Source: Arcicella sp. (GTDB lineage Bacteria > Bacteroidota > Bacteroidia > Cytophagales > Spirosomataceae). Taken from it: a stretch of DNA of 64,000 nt. The stretch is from NCBI GenBank assembly GCA_025354645.1, contig JANXML010000158.1, positions 19,316 to 83,315 of the forward strand, given 5' to 3'. The notes beneath the pieces were generated by a model that saw nothing but the letters and a program-made list of their open reading frames with translations, searched no databases and was not told where the DNA came from. Positions within the stretch are counted from its first letter, which is position 1, and each line of letters opens with the position of its first letter. The position numbers and the translations under genes are program-made. Below are positions 18,870 through 28,968 of the stretch, in pieces.

Positions 18870-19877
18870 ATGTTACAGCACAAAGCCCTTCAATGGACTC
18901 CAGAAAAAGCTAATGACTGGTATGTTAAACAACCGCTGTTAGTTGGAGCCAACTTCGTTCCAAGCACTGCCATCAATGAACTCGAAATGTGGCAAGCCGA
19001 AACTTTTGACCCTCTTACAATCGATCGAGAATTAGGTTGGGCAAAGGTCTTGGGCATGAACATTATGCGTGTCTTCCTTCATAACATTCCTTACGAAAAC
19101 GACAAGGAAGGATTTATTGACAGAATTAATCAATTCTTAACGATTGCCGACAAATATCAAATCAAAATTATGCTTGTTTTGTTTGATTCTTGCTGGAATG
19201 ATGACCCAAAACCAGGTAAACAAATGCCTCCGAAAGCAGGTGTTCATAACTCGGGTTGGGCGAGATGTCCTGGTTCTAAAATGCTTTTTGATGCCCGTAC
19301 TTGGGATAAATTAGAGGATTATACCAAGGGAATTATAGGCACTTTTGCTCATGACGAAAGAGTGATTATTTGGGATATATTCAATGAACCTTCTAATTCG
19401 GGATATATGGATGCGGTAATGCCTCTTTTGAAAAAATCTTTTGAATGGGCAAAAGAAGTTCATCCTTCTCAACCAATCACATCTGGATGGTGGCACGATC
19501 ATGAAGTAAGTAATGAATTTATGCTTTCATATTCTGACATTATCACTTTCCATAATTATTGTACATCTGAAAACTTGGAAAGTTGTATTAAAAATTTTCA
19601 AGAACGGTATAAACGCCCTGTAATTTGTACAGAATATATGGCTCGGAAGCACCAAAGCACGTTCGAGGCTTGTTTACCAGTTTTTGAAAAATACAAGGTT
19701 GGAGCCATCAATTGGGGACTCGTTCAAGGAAAAACAAATACTATTTATGCTTGGGATGAACCAATTTCAAATGGAGAAGAACCTAAATTATGGTTTCATG
19801 ATATTTTTAGACCAGACGGTTCTGTTTACAAACAAAGCGAGATTGATGCCATTAAGATGGTAACGAGAAGTAACTAA
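18870..19877 (+). CDS. Clan GH-A glycoside hydrolase (GH5-like), no signal peptide
   Basis: GANFVPSTAINELEMWQ, WDIFNEP (acid/base Glu), CTEYMAR (nucleophile Glu). Confidence 0.8.
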   Translation: MLQHKALQWTPEKANDWYVKQPLLVGANFVPSTAINELEMWQAETFDPLTIDRELGWAKVLGMNIMRVFLHNIPYENDKEGFIDRINQFLTIADKYQIKIMLVLFDSCWNDDPKPGKQMPPKAGVHNSGWARCPGSKMLFDARTWDKLEDYTKGIIGTFAHDERVIIWDIFNEPSNSGYMDAVMPLLKKSFEWAKEVHPSQPITSGWWHDHEVSNEFMLSYSDIITFHNYCTSENLESCIKNFQERYKRPVICTEYMARKHQSTFEACLPVFEKYKVGAINWGLVQGKTNTIYAWDEPISNGEEPKLWFHDIFRPDGSVYKQSEIDAIKMVTRSN

Positions 19878-19895
19878 TTTTAAAATAATTTAATT

Positions 19896-19930
19896 AATCC
19901 GCAGCTACTTAGAATAGCTGCGGATTTTTA
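19896..19930 (+). terminator. Intrinsic terminator
   Basis: 12-bp stem AATCCGCAGCTA/TAGCTGCGGATT plus T-tract. Confidence 0.8.
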
Positions 19931-20002
19931 ATTTGTAGTGATTTTTGCTTGTAAAATGGCTTATTTGAAGTAATTTTATTTAAAATTAAATCCTTTAAAA
20001 CT

Positions 20003-20233
20003 ATGTGGAAAGAAGAAAACAATAAATTGAAAAGAACCTTTGAATTTAAAGATTTTTCAGAGGCTTTTGCCTTTATGACAAGGGTAGCGTTGATAGCAGA
20101 AAAGCAAAATCATCACCCTTGGTGGTCAAATGTTTATAACAAAATTGAAATGGAACTCAACACCCATGATGCTGGTGATGTTGTTACAGAAAAAGATTGG
20201 AAATTAGCGAAAGCAATTGATAAATTAATTTAA
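20003..20233 (+). CDS. phhB: Pterin-4-alpha-carbinolamine dehydratase
   Basis: [26 protein letters not shown]...VTEKD. Confidence 0.9.
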   Translation: MWKEENNKLKRTFEFKDFSEAFAFMTRVALIAEKQNHHPWWSNVYNKIEMELNTHDAGDVVTEKDWKLAKAIDKLI

Positions 20234-20907
20234 TGAAATTATACCTCGTGCCAACCCCCATTGGCAATCTTGATGATATTACTTTGCGAGCTATAAAAGT
20301 ATTGCAATCTGTTGATGCCATTTTGGCAGAAGATACTCGCAATTCGGGCGTTTTGATGAAACATTTAGGCATTCAAAAGCCTCTCTACGCTCACCATGCT
20401 CACAATGAACATCATGGAACGATGGGAATTATCAAATTGTTGAAAGAGGGAAAAACCTTAGCATTGGTTTCAGATGCTGGTACACCCGCTATCTCGGACC
20501 CAGGTTTTTTGTTGGTTAGAGAATGTTTAAAACAAGGTATTGAAATTGAATGCTTGCCTGGTGCAACCGCCTTCGTGCCTGCCTTAGTTAATTCTGGACT
20601 ACCGTCTAATCGTTTCACTTTTGAAGGTTTTCTACCACACAAAAAAGGGAGACAAACGCATTTAAAAAGTTTAGTTGAAGAAGAACGAACGATGATTTTT
20701 TATGAATCTCCCCACCGATTGCTCAAAACCCTTGAACAATTTGGCGAATATTTAGGAACCGATCGACAAATTTGCGTTTCTCGTGAACTTACAAAGATTT
20801 TTGAGGAAAATAGAAGAGGAAGTGTTCTGGAAATATTGACCCATTATCAGCAAAATCCCAATACAATAAAAGGAGAAATTGTAATTATTGTTGCAGGTAA
20901 AGCGTGA
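20233..20907 (+). CDS. rsmI: 16S rRNA (cytidine1402-2'-O)-methyltransferase
   Basis: LYLVPTPIGNLDDIT, AEDTR, SDAGTPAISDPG, FYESPHR, RELTK. TAATG overlap with the upstream stop. Confidence 0.97.
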   Translation: MKLYLVPTPIGNLDDITLRAIKVLQSVDAILAEDTRNSGVLMKHLGIQKPLYAHHAHNEHHGTMGIIKLLKEGKTLALVSDAGTPAISDPGFLLVRECLKQGIEIECLPGATAFVPALVNSGLPSNRFTFEGFLPHKKGRQTHLKSLVEEERTMIFYESPHRLLKTLEQFGEYLGTDRQICVSRELTKIFEENRRGSVLEILTHYQQNPNTIKGEIVIIVAGKA

Positions 20908-20952
20908 AATCATTATTTTAGAGTTGCAATGGCAATAATCCATTATTAATTT

Positions 20953-22248
20953 ATGAAAAATCTCCATTTAATTTCAAGAATTTTTTATGTATGCCTTTTT
21001 TTGTATTTGGCAAACTCTCCTATTGTTGCCCAAAAACTTTCTGGAAGTACAAAAGTAAGCCTTATTACTATTGCCCCAGGAAATGAACTCAACGATTCTT
21101 TTGGCCATACCCTTTTATGGATTTATGACCCTGCTAATAGAGTAGATAAAGCCTATAATTTCGGAGGATATGACTACGATACAAAAGATTTTTATTGGAA
21201 ATTTGTTAAAGGTCAATTGCCTTATGAGATGTCATATGCTTCATTGGATGCTTATAAAGAATACTATCAAAAGAATAACAGAAAAATGACCGAGCAAATT
21301 ATGAGCTTGGCAATGGGACAAAAACAATTATTATTCGATAATTTAGAAAAAACATATAATAATCCAAAAACAAGAAATTATATGTATAAATTTTATACCG
21401 ATAATTGTTCAACTCGCATTCGAGATGCTTTGATGGAGGCTTGTTCAGATAGTATGCACTTGCAGAATATCCCTGGTATGAATGATAGTACTTACCGTCA
21501 ATGGATGAACAAATGTTTATTAAGAAAACATCATTATTGGGCTGCTGTGGGCATGAATGCGGGTTTAGGCACACCCGCTGACGAGCGAGTATTACAAATT
21601 AATGCTTGTTATATTCCAGAGAATTTGATGAAGAGTATGGCTTCTGCAAGACGAATGGCTGCACAACATCATCTCTATTATTTCGTGAAGAGTACAAAGG
21701 AATTATTTCCAACCAAAGAAATTGATGATGAACCTTCATTCTTTTTAACGCCCCGTTTTTGGTTTTTTTTACTTCTGATTTTTACCTTTTATAGAACTTT
21801 TAGACATTGGAAAAAACGCCAAAAAGGATATTTATTCGATAAAATATTATTCGGTTTTGTCGGGTTATTGGGATGGGTATTATTATTCTTGTGGTTTGGC
21901 ACTGATCATGGCGTAACTAACAATAATATGAATTTGCTCTGGGCTTTTCCATTTCATTTACCCATAATTTTTTGGCTTTCGCAGGAAAAAGCCGCCAGAG
22001 ATTATTGGTACGGCTATTATTTTATCTTAATTGGGCTAATGATTATCATGGGACTAATCTTTGTTGTTCAATATTCCTACGACACAGTTCCGTTGGTTTT
22101 AACTTTATTTGTAAGAGCATTATACCATGCAGCCTTTGAACGTGAACATCGTATGACAAATACCAAATTTCGTAAAATTATTAAAGGAAGACATTTGGAA
22201 GTAATCCATTTGGAACATGAACAAAGCATGGAAGACGGAACAGAATAA
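20953..22248 (+). CDS. DUF4105 / Lnb-type lipoprotein N-acyltransferase-like membrane protein
   Basis: Signal peptide; SFGHT, YNFG, FYTDNCSTR motifs; C-terminal TM bundle. Confidence 0.75.
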   Translation: MKNLHLISRIFYVCLFLYLANSPIVAQKLSGSTKVSLITIAPGNELNDSFGHTLLWIYDPANRVDKAYNFGGYDYDTKDFYWKFVKGQLPYEMSYASLDAYKEYYQKNNRKMTEQIMSLAMGQKQLLFDNLEKTYNNPKTRNYMYKFYTDNCSTRIRDALMEACSDSMHLQNIPGMNDSTYRQWMNKCLLRKHHYWAAVGMNAGLGTPADERVLQINACYIPENLMKSMASARRMAAQHHLYYFVKSTKELFPTKEIDDEPSFFLTPRFWFFLLLIFTFYRTFRHWKKRQKGYLFDKILFGFVGLLGWVLLFLWFGTDHGVTNNNMNLLWAFPFHLPIIFWLSQEKAARDYWYGYYFILIGLMIIMGLIFVVQYSYDTVPLVLTLFVRALYHAAFEREHRMTNTKFRKIIKGRHLEVIHLEHEQSMEDGTE

Positions 22249-22290
22249 AAATAAGGGTGAGATAATTAATTTATTTCACCCTTATTTTTT
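22248..22290. terminator. Bidirectional terminator between convergent genes
   Basis: AAAATAAGGGTGA...TCACCCTTATTTT. Confidence 0.75.
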
Positions 22291-22838
22291 TACATTTTTA
22301 ACATCAGATAATAATAGTTATTGCCATTAAATTGAAAATCTTTAACAATTTTCCAACCTAATTTTTCTACATGAGCTTTTCTTGAACGTTCATTTATTTT
22401 GTTGATAAAAGTTACACTAATTGGAAATTTATTGACCATATTAATTCTCATAAACTCAAAAAGCAAATTAATCAATCCTGAACCTCTAAATTCCAAATCA
22501 ATACAAATTGGACCGTATTGAAAGCTATTCTCAAACGTAACTTCTTGATTTTCAAAGTTAATAGGCAACATTTTACCCATCTCTTCAATTATTTTCCATT
22601 GCGAAAAATAAGCCCAAGTTCCTGCAAAAGCATATCCAATCACTTTTTCTCGGATTTTTGCTACAAATAATCCCTCTGTTTTAATAATTTCTTTAAGTTG
22701 TTCAATAGTAAATGGCGTTGTTACGAAACCATCTTTTCTTTGCTCTTCCGAAAGATTTGAAACAAGATATTTTGCTTGTAATTCAAGGAAACTTTCAATA
22801 TCATCAACAAATGCAATTTGCATTTTTATATCGTTCAT
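22290..22838 (-). CDS. GNAT family acetyltransferase
   Basis: GPICIDLEFRGSGL acetyl-CoA loop; NERSRKAH. Confidence 0.8.
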   Translation of the reverse strand: MNDIKMQIAFVDDIESFLELQAKYLVSNLSEEQRKDGFVTTPFTIEQLKEIIKTEGLFVAKIREKVIGYAFAGTWAYFSQWKIIEEMGKMLPINFENQEVTFENSFQYGPICIDLEFRGSGLINLLFEFMRINMVNKFPISVTFINKINERSRKAHVEKLGWKIVKDFQFNGNNYYYLMLKM

Positions 22839-22850
22839 TTTATTTTTCTT

Positions 22851-22880
22851 AAAAAAAGCCTTGTTTATAAATCAAGGCTT
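22851..22880 (-). terminator. Intrinsic terminator after fumC
   Basis: AAGCCTTG/CAAGGCTT stem plus U-tract on the minus strand. Confidence 0.65.
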
Positions 22881-22902
22881 CAACTAATTTTATTCAAGTT
22901 TT

Positions 22903-24300
22903 TTAAAGCTCCCCAACCATTTCCTCAGGTTTTACCCAAGCATCAAATTCGTCGGCCGTTACGTAACCCAAAGCAATTGCCGTTTCTTTCAACGTAGAAC
23001 CATTTTTGTGGGCAGTTTGAGCAATTTCGGCTGATTTATAGTAACCAATTTTAGTATTTAAAGCTGTTACTAACATCAAAGAATTATTGACGTGCTTTTT
23101 AATATTTTCGTGCAATGGCTGAATTCCCAAGGCACATTTATCATTAAAAGCCACACACACATCGCCAATCAAACGGGCTGAATGCAAGAAATTAAAAATC
23201 ATAACGGGCTTAAATACATTTAACTCAAAATGTCCCATCGAACCGCCAATCCCAATCGTAACGTCATTTCCCATTACTTGTGCCGATACCATCGTCATTG
23301 CCTCACATTGCGTTGGATTCACTTTTCCTGGCATAATTGACGACCCTGGCTCATTATCGGGAATATGAATTTCACCAATCCCTGAACGTGGACCCGAAGA
23401 CAACATACGAATATCATTGCCAATTTTCATCAAACTCACCGCAACAGTTTTTAAGGCTCCGTGGGTTTCAACAATCGCATCGTGAGCCGCCAAAGCCTCA
23501 AATTTATTTTCTGCGGTGATAAAAGGTAAACCCGTTAATTCAGCAATATGCCTTGCCACGTTCTCAGAATATCCTTTTGGTGTATTTATTCCCGTTCCAA
23601 CTGCCGTGCCACCCAATGCCAATTCAGACAAATGAGATAAAGTATTATTGATGGCTCGAAGACCGTGATCCAATTGGGAGACATAACCAGAGAATTCTTG
23701 TCCGAGCGTCAAAGGTGTTGCATCCATAAAATGCGTTCGACCAATTTTTACCACATTTTTGAATTCCTTTGCTTTGGCATCCAATGTATTTCTCAATTTT
23801 GTAATTCCAGGAATGGTCACTTCCATCAAAATTTTATACGCCGCAATGTGCATTGCCGTTGGAAAAGTATCATTGGAAGATTGAGATTTATTAACATCAT
23901 CATTCGGATGTACATATTTTGTTTCATCCATCAAATTTCCACCATTGATAACGTGGGCTCTATACGCAACAACTTCATTACAGTTCATGTTCGACTGTGT
24001 TCCCGAACCTGTTTGCCAAACGACTAACGGGAATTGGTCATCTAATTTTCCTTCTAAGATTTCATCACAAACTTGTCCAATAAGATTTTTTTTATCTTCT
24101 GGTAAAATTCCTGCCTCAAAATTGGTATTTGCCGCTGCCTTTTTTAAGTAAGCAAACGCACGAATGATTTCCTTTGGCATTTTATTAATGTCCTGTGCAA
24201 TCGGAAAATTCATGATTGAGCGTTGCGTTTGGGCTCCCCAATACACATTGGCAGGCACTTCCACCTTACCCATCGTATCTTTTTCTATTCTGTATTCCAT
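22903..24300 (-). CDS. fumC: Class II fumarate hydratase
   Basis: [48 protein letters not shown]. Confidence 0.98.
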   Translation of the reverse strand: MEYRIEKDTMGKVEVPANVYWGAQTQRSIMNFPIAQDINKMPKEIIRAFAYLKKAAANTNFEAGILPEDKKNLIGQVCDEILEGKLDDQFPLVVWQTGSGTQSNMNCNEVVAYRAHVINGGNLMDETKYVHPNDDVNKSQSSNDTFPTAMHIAAYKILMEVTIPGITKLRNTLDAKAKEFKNVVKIGRTHFMDATPLTLGQEFSGYVSQLDHGLRAINNTLSHLSELALGGTAVGTGINTPKGYSENVARHIAELTGLPFITAENKFEALAAHDAIVETHGALKTVAVSLMKIGNDIRMLSSGPRSGIGEIHIPDNEPGSSIMPGKVNPTQCEAMTMVSAQVMGNDVTIGIGGSMGHFELNVFKPVMIFNFLHSARLIGDVCVAFNDKCALGIQPLHENIKKHVNNSLMLVTALNTKIGYYKSAEIAQTAHKNGSTLKETAIALGYVTADEFDAWVKPEEMVGEL

Positions 24301-24325
24301 GTTTTGTTAAATTTTTTAATTGATA

Positions 24326-24333
24326 CAAAGGTA
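24326..24333 (-). promoter_or_regulatory. -7 promoter element for fumC
   Basis: TACCTTTG on the minus strand, 25 nt upstream of the ATG. Confidence 0.55.
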
Positions 24334-24614
24334 AAGATGAAAGAGATTTCCGAGTAATTTTACTTAAAATAAAGTTCTGAAATTTATTGAAGATTAAAGG
24401 GGGAGGAATTTAGAAAGTATTGAAATACATGAAAACAAAAAAGAGTACAAACCATAAAGTTCGTACCCTTTCAATTCAACCTTTCAAAACACAATTTTCA
24501 TTATGCAAAACTTACGTTTTTACAATGAAAAAATAATTGTACTCTTTATAAATTATCAACTATAAAAATGGTTAATGATTAGGATACAAATTTATGCAAA
24601 CTTTTTTGTATTTT

Positions 24615-24650
24615 ATAAATTATTTTGCAAATATTTGCAAAATAATTTAT
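24615..24650. promoter_or_regulatory. Perfect 36-bp palindrome upstream of the DeoR gene (candidate operator)
   Basis: ATAAATTATTTTGCAAATATTTGCAAAATAATTTAT. The core TGCAAA-NN-TTTGCA recurs at 25448-25461. Confidence 0.6.
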
Positions 24651-24693
24651 TCATATTCATAGAAAAAATTGTACGCTATTTAAAATTTCTAAA

Positions 24694-25443
24694 ATGTTAA
24701 AAGAAGAAAGGCAACAGGTTATATTAGAAAAATTAGGCACTGATAAAAAAGTGACCCTCGTAGATTTAGGTCAAATTTTGAATGTTTCTTATGACAGCGT
24801 GCGTAGAGACGTGATTGAATTGGAAGACAGAGGGCTTTTGAAGAAGGTTCATGGTGGTGCGATTGCCCATTCTTATCTTGCTATGAAGTCGAGTAAAGGT
24901 TTGGGTGTTGTTAATACTGAGTTTGTAACGATTGCAAAAAAAGCTTTGAAATTAGTTGAAAACAACAAAATAATTTTGATGGATGGCGGTACTACAAATT
25001 TTTATATTGCCGAACAACTACCTAAAAATCTGGAAGTTACAGTAGTTACTAATAATCCCCATTTAGCTACTGTTTTATCAGAACACCCCAAAATTGAAAT
25101 AATTTTATTGGGTGGTTCCTTCTATAAAAGATACCAAATCACCTTAGGAAGCAAGACAATCCAAGATTTAGAAAACATCCAAGCTGACCTTTATTTTATG
25201 GGAACAAACAGCATCAGTATTGAATCTGGATTAGCGATTAGACATTATGAGGAATCTATCTTAAAACAAAAAATGATGAGTATTTCAAGAAAAACGATTG
25301 TTTGTGCTTTGGAAGAAAAAATTAACCGAGAAGAAAACTACAAAGTTTGCAATTTTACTGATTTAGATTGTTTAATCACCAGTTTGAATTCATCCGATGA
25401 TCAATTATCTGGATTTTGGAATAAAGGAGTTGACATTTTATAA
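24694..25443 (+). CDS. DeoR/GlpR family transcriptional regulator
   Basis: MLKEERQQVIL, SVRRDVIELE, VHGGA, MDGGTT, TNN. Confidence 0.93.
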   Translation: MLKEERQQVILEKLGTDKKVTLVDLGQILNVSYDSVRRDVIELEDRGLLKKVHGGAIAHSYLAMKSSKGLGVVNTEFVTIAKKALKLVENNKIILMDGGTTNFYIAEQLPKNLEVTVVTNNPHLATVLSEHPKIEIILLGGSFYKRYQITLGSKTIQDLENIQADLYFMGTNSISIESGLAIRHYEESILKQKMMSISRKTIVCALEEKINREENYKVCNFTDLDCLITSLNSSDDQLSGFWNKGVDIL

Positions 25444-25462
25444 AACTTGCAAAAATTTGCAT

Positions 25463-25502
25463 AAAAAAAGAGCGTAAATTAGTTTACGCTCTTTTCGTTT
25501 TT
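25463..25502. terminator. Bidirectional terminator
   Basis: 13-bp stem AAAAGAGCGTAAA/TTTACGCTCTTTT between convergent genes. Confidence 0.75.
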
Positions 25503-25517
25503 ATGGTTTTGTTTCTT

Positions 25518-25982
25518 TTATAACATTAATAAAATACTTGCTAATAATAATCCAGTTCCTAAAACAAAAAATACCGATGGCTTTATACCTGGAATATTTC
25601 TTTCTCCCAAGGCAGATTCATAAGGGTTTTCTGGATTATATCGTACTTGCATTTTTTGTCCCACCTTGCTCAAAATGGACATCCCTTTGTCTGCTTCAAT
25701 TTTGAATTGTCTTTCATTAACGATGAATGAAACTACTGGGAAGAAAATTGGATGTTGTCCACGACGGTCGCTTCTGTCATAACGCTTGCTCACTTCCACA
25801 ATTTCTCCCTGCGTAAGTTGAGAATGTTGAAGCCACGCTTTACGTTTTTGACTAAGAAAAATTCCTAATAAAATTAAAGCTGTTGAGACTACTGCAAAAC
25901 CAGCCATAACCATTGGAGGTACGCCAGTGAAAGCACCATGTCTTCCCGAAATTAAAAATATTGAATTTAATATGTTTAACAT
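25518..25982 (-). CDS. DUF3592-like membrane protein
   Basis: TM, then 'TQGEIV...FPVVSF...GQKMQVRYNPENP', then TM. Confidence 0.75.
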   Translation of the reverse strand: MLNILNSIFLISGRHGAFTGVPPMVMAGFAVVSTALILLGIFLSQKRKAWLQHSQLTQGEIVEVSKRYDRSDRRGQHPIFFPVVSFIVNERQFKIEADKGMSILSKVGQKMQVRYNPENPYESALGERNIPGIKPSVFFVLGTGLLLASILLML

Positions 25983-26399
25983 TTTATTTAAAGCTATTGC
26001 TAATTACGTTCTAAAAACTTGAAGGATTGAATCATTAATACGTAAAAATCGTGCAAAAGTTATTAATAGTCAAGTAGTTGTACCTGAAGTGCCAAGTTGT
26101 TGAAAGTTGAGAAATGAAGTGTTTTTTTATAAATTTTCTACTTTTTATTAAATAAATTTAAAATATTAAAGTCATTTTTTGGCTATTTACACTTTTTGAA
26201 GATTGAAGACATTATTTACAAACTTGCTTGTCCAAAAAAAGTATTTTCAAAAATATCAAAAACATTATATAGCATTATTTTAATAAAAAGTTTAATTTTA
26301 ATACTATTTTAACTTTAAAAATTATTTTATCAATAAATCAGGTTCAATAATTAGTTTCTACGTGGGTTTTTAATAGGTATTTGCATAAAAGAGGTCAAA

Positions 26400-26450
26400 A
26401 AAATGGGTAGTTTCTCTAAAAATATTTTTTTTAGAGAAACTACCCATTTT
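26400..26450 (-). terminator. Long (23-bp) perfect hairpin terminator after corA
   Basis: AAAATGGGTAGTTTCTCTAAAAA / TTTTTAGAGAAACTACCCATTTT. Confidence 0.75.
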
Positions 26451-26474
26451 AATATCATTGGACAAAATTTGTAA

Positions 26475-27545
26475 TTACAACCAATCTTTTCTCTTAAAAT
26501 AAATTAACATTCCTAATACCAGAATAATCATAAAACCCCAGACATAATAATAACCGTTGTGCCAGTGAAGTTCAGGAATATTATCAAAATTCATTCCGTA
26601 TATGCCTGCAATAAAAGTTAAAGGCATGAAAATTACCGAAATAACTGTCAGTACTTTCATTACATTATTCATCCGATTGCCCGCTTGGGAGAGGTATAAA
26701 TCCATCAAAGAAGCCACCAATTCTCGGTATGAATCAATGGTTTCAATTACTTGTGAAACGTGATCATGAACATCTCGTAGATACAAAACTGTATTGGCAG
26801 TGATAAGTGGTGCATCCTCACGAATTAAATTTGAGAGCATTTCTCGGAGTGGAAAAATTACTTTTCGCATTAACATTAACTCTCGTTTCATCGAATATAT
26901 TTCAGTCATCGATTTTTGCCTTGTTGTTTTAATGATTGTATCTTCAAGGCGTTCAATATTTTCAGAAATTTGTTCCAAGACGGTGAAATAATTATCAACC
27001 ACTAAATCCATCAAAGAGTAGAGGAGATAATCGGCTCCATTTTTTCGGGTCTTACCTGCGGATGTTTTCAATCTTGTGGTAATAGCTTCAAAAATATCCC
27101 TCGAACGTTCTTCTTGAAAAGAAATCAAATAGTTTTTTCCTAAAATAAAACTCAAATGTTCCACCTCAATTTCACCAGTGTGAGGGTTATATTCAATCAT
27201 TTTGAGGGTGATAAACAATTGATTATCATTGTAATACTCGAATTTGGGTTTTTGTTGAGAATTCAAAATATCTTCCATCACTAAAGGATGTAAATCAAAA
27301 ATTTTCCCTGCCGTTTCAATAACTTTTGGTTCGTGAATGCCATCTATATTTAACCAATAGGTTTTATCTGGGTCTAATTTAAATTGAAAATCTAAGAGTT
27401 TCGGAAAGATATGAGTCTTATAGTTTTCAAGATTATATTCAGTCCAATATACTTTTGTATCGAATTTAACTTCATCACCGACATAAGTAAGCGTGCCAGG
27501 CGAAGTGCCCAGATTTGTATTTTTAATTTTGAAGCGATTTGACAT
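26475..27545 (-). CDS. corA: Magnesium/cobalt transporter
   Basis: GTSPGTL, HPLVMEDI, PLTFIAGIYGMNF (GMN signature). Confidence 0.96.
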   Translation of the reverse strand: MSNRFKIKNTNLGTSPGTLTYVGDEVKFDTKVYWTEYNLENYKTHIFPKLLDFQFKLDPDKTYWLNIDGIHEPKVIETAGKIFDLHPLVMEDILNSQQKPKFEYYNDNQLFITLKMIEYNPHTGEIEVEHLSFILGKNYLISFQEERSRDIFEAITTRLKTSAGKTRKNGADYLLYSLMDLVVDNYFTVLEQISENIERLEDTIIKTTRQKSMTEIYSMKRELMLMRKVIFPLREMLSNLIREDAPLITANTVLYLRDVHDHVSQVIETIDSYRELVASLMDLYLSQAGNRMNNVMKVLTVISVIFMPLTFIAGIYGMNFDNIPELHWHNGYYYVWGFMIILVLGMLIYFKRKDWL

Positions 27546-27657
27546 AATAATAATTTTGTATTTGTCTAAATTAAAAAAGGATTGGCATTAATCAAATTCA
27601 AACCGTAAATTTACGTTGTAATACATACCACAAAATCATTATAAATCCTTATCAAAC

Positions 27658-28890
27658 GTGATACTTTTGAAGATTACAAAATACGTCCTGATTGTTAGTT
27701 TTTTATTCGGTCTCGGCATACTATCTTGCTCCCATCAACCCAAACAACTCTCAGCGGAACCCACAAGCAGTATCGTGTTTCGAAATGATAGTATTTCACG
27801 ACTTTTCGATGTAAAACTTGCCAACAAAAAGGCAGTTAAGTTGGACACTTTTTTTAAGAAACTTCATAAATTTAGCGGTTTCAACGGAGCTGTTTTGGTT
27901 TCTCAAAACGGAAAAATTATCTATAAACATGCTTTTGGTTTTTCGAGTTTTTCTAAAAAAGATTCAAATACCACGCAAACCCAGTTTCAATTAGCCTCTG
28001 TTTCTAAACAATTCACGGCGGTTGCAATTATGCAATTGCATGAAAAAGGATTAGTCAACTACGATACTCCTGTGTACAAATATATTCCAAGTTTTCCGTA
28101 TGATTCTTCCATTACGATTAGAAGTTTGCTCACTCACCGTTCGGGCATACCTAATTATGTGTATTGTTTAGATAAAATTGTGGACAAAAAAGTACCAATG
28201 TCAAATGATCAAGTGGTTAATCTTTTTGCTCAATATCATCCTGGAATTAATTATTTGCCTAATTCAAGATTTAGCTACAATAATTCTAATTACGTTTTAT
28301 TAGCTTACATTGTTGAGAAACTATCGGGCATGAACTTTAGAGATTATGCCCAAAAACATCTTTTTGCACCCGCAGGAATGTCTCATAGTTTTATTTATGA
28401 CCCATATAAATCTGACCAAATGGCAACTGCAGCCGTTGGATATATGCCAAGAAGAAATGGTTTTTGGCAAGTTCCATTTGATCACTTAGACGGAGCAACT
28501 GGCGACAAAGGGGTTTATTCAACCGTTGAAGACCTTTTTAAATGGGATATGGCATTGAATTCCGAGAAATTAGTTAAAATGCAAACTTTGAATGAAGCAT
28601 TTCAACCTGCTCATACTTTCAAATTTGCTACAAACAGAAATTATGGTTTTGGCTGGCGTTTGCAATTAATGGATGATGGTTCGTGGTTAACTTTTCATAC
28701 GGGATGGTGGCATGGTTTCAAGAATTATTACATGCACAATAATCGTGATAATTCTTCAATAATTATTCTTCAAAACGTTGCTAACCGTGCTTTAGGACGT
28801 ATTAAAGTTGCCCAATCAATTCTGTATCCAGACAAGGCTTGGTATTTTATGAGCGGTGAAGGCTTGCCCGAGGAATTGGAAGGAGAATAA
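27658..28890 (+). CDS. Serine hydrolase, beta-lactamase/AmpC-like family, lipoprotein
   Basis: Lipobox ILSC; ASVSK (SxxK), YNN (YxN), HTG. GTG start. Confidence 0.88.
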   Translation: MILLKITKYVLIVSFLFGLGILSCSHQPKQLSAEPTSSIVFRNDSISRLFDVKLANKKAVKLDTFFKKLHKFSGFNGAVLVSQNGKIIYKHAFGFSSFSKKDSNTTQTQFQLASVSKQFTAVAIMQLHEKGLVNYDTPVYKYIPSFPYDSSITIRSLLTHRSGIPNYVYCLDKIVDKKVPMSNDQVVNLFAQYHPGINYLPNSRFSYNNSNYVLLAYIVEKLSGMNFRDYAQKHLFAPAGMSHSFIYDPYKSDQMATAAVGYMPRRNGFWQVPFDHLDGATGDKGVYSTVEDLFKWDMALNSEKLVKMQTLNEAFQPAHTFKFATNRNYGFGWRLQLMDDGSWLTFHTGWWHGFKNYYMHNNRDNSSIIILQNVANRALGRIKVAQSILYPDKAWYFMSGEGLPEELEGE

Positions 28891-28968
28891 ACAATAAAAA
28901 GTCTAATAACTTCGTTTAATCACAAAATAATACTAATTTTAGGCGTAAAACCTAAACGCAATCCAATC

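Noticed and set aside
18407-19930. Genomic island integrated at tRNA-Ser
   Set aside because: No integrase, and no duplicated tRNA 3' end was seen downstream; the neighbours are ordinary genes.
25983-26399. Long AT-rich gap possibly hiding a small gene or pseudogene
   Set aside because: No ORF or motif could be supported by eye.
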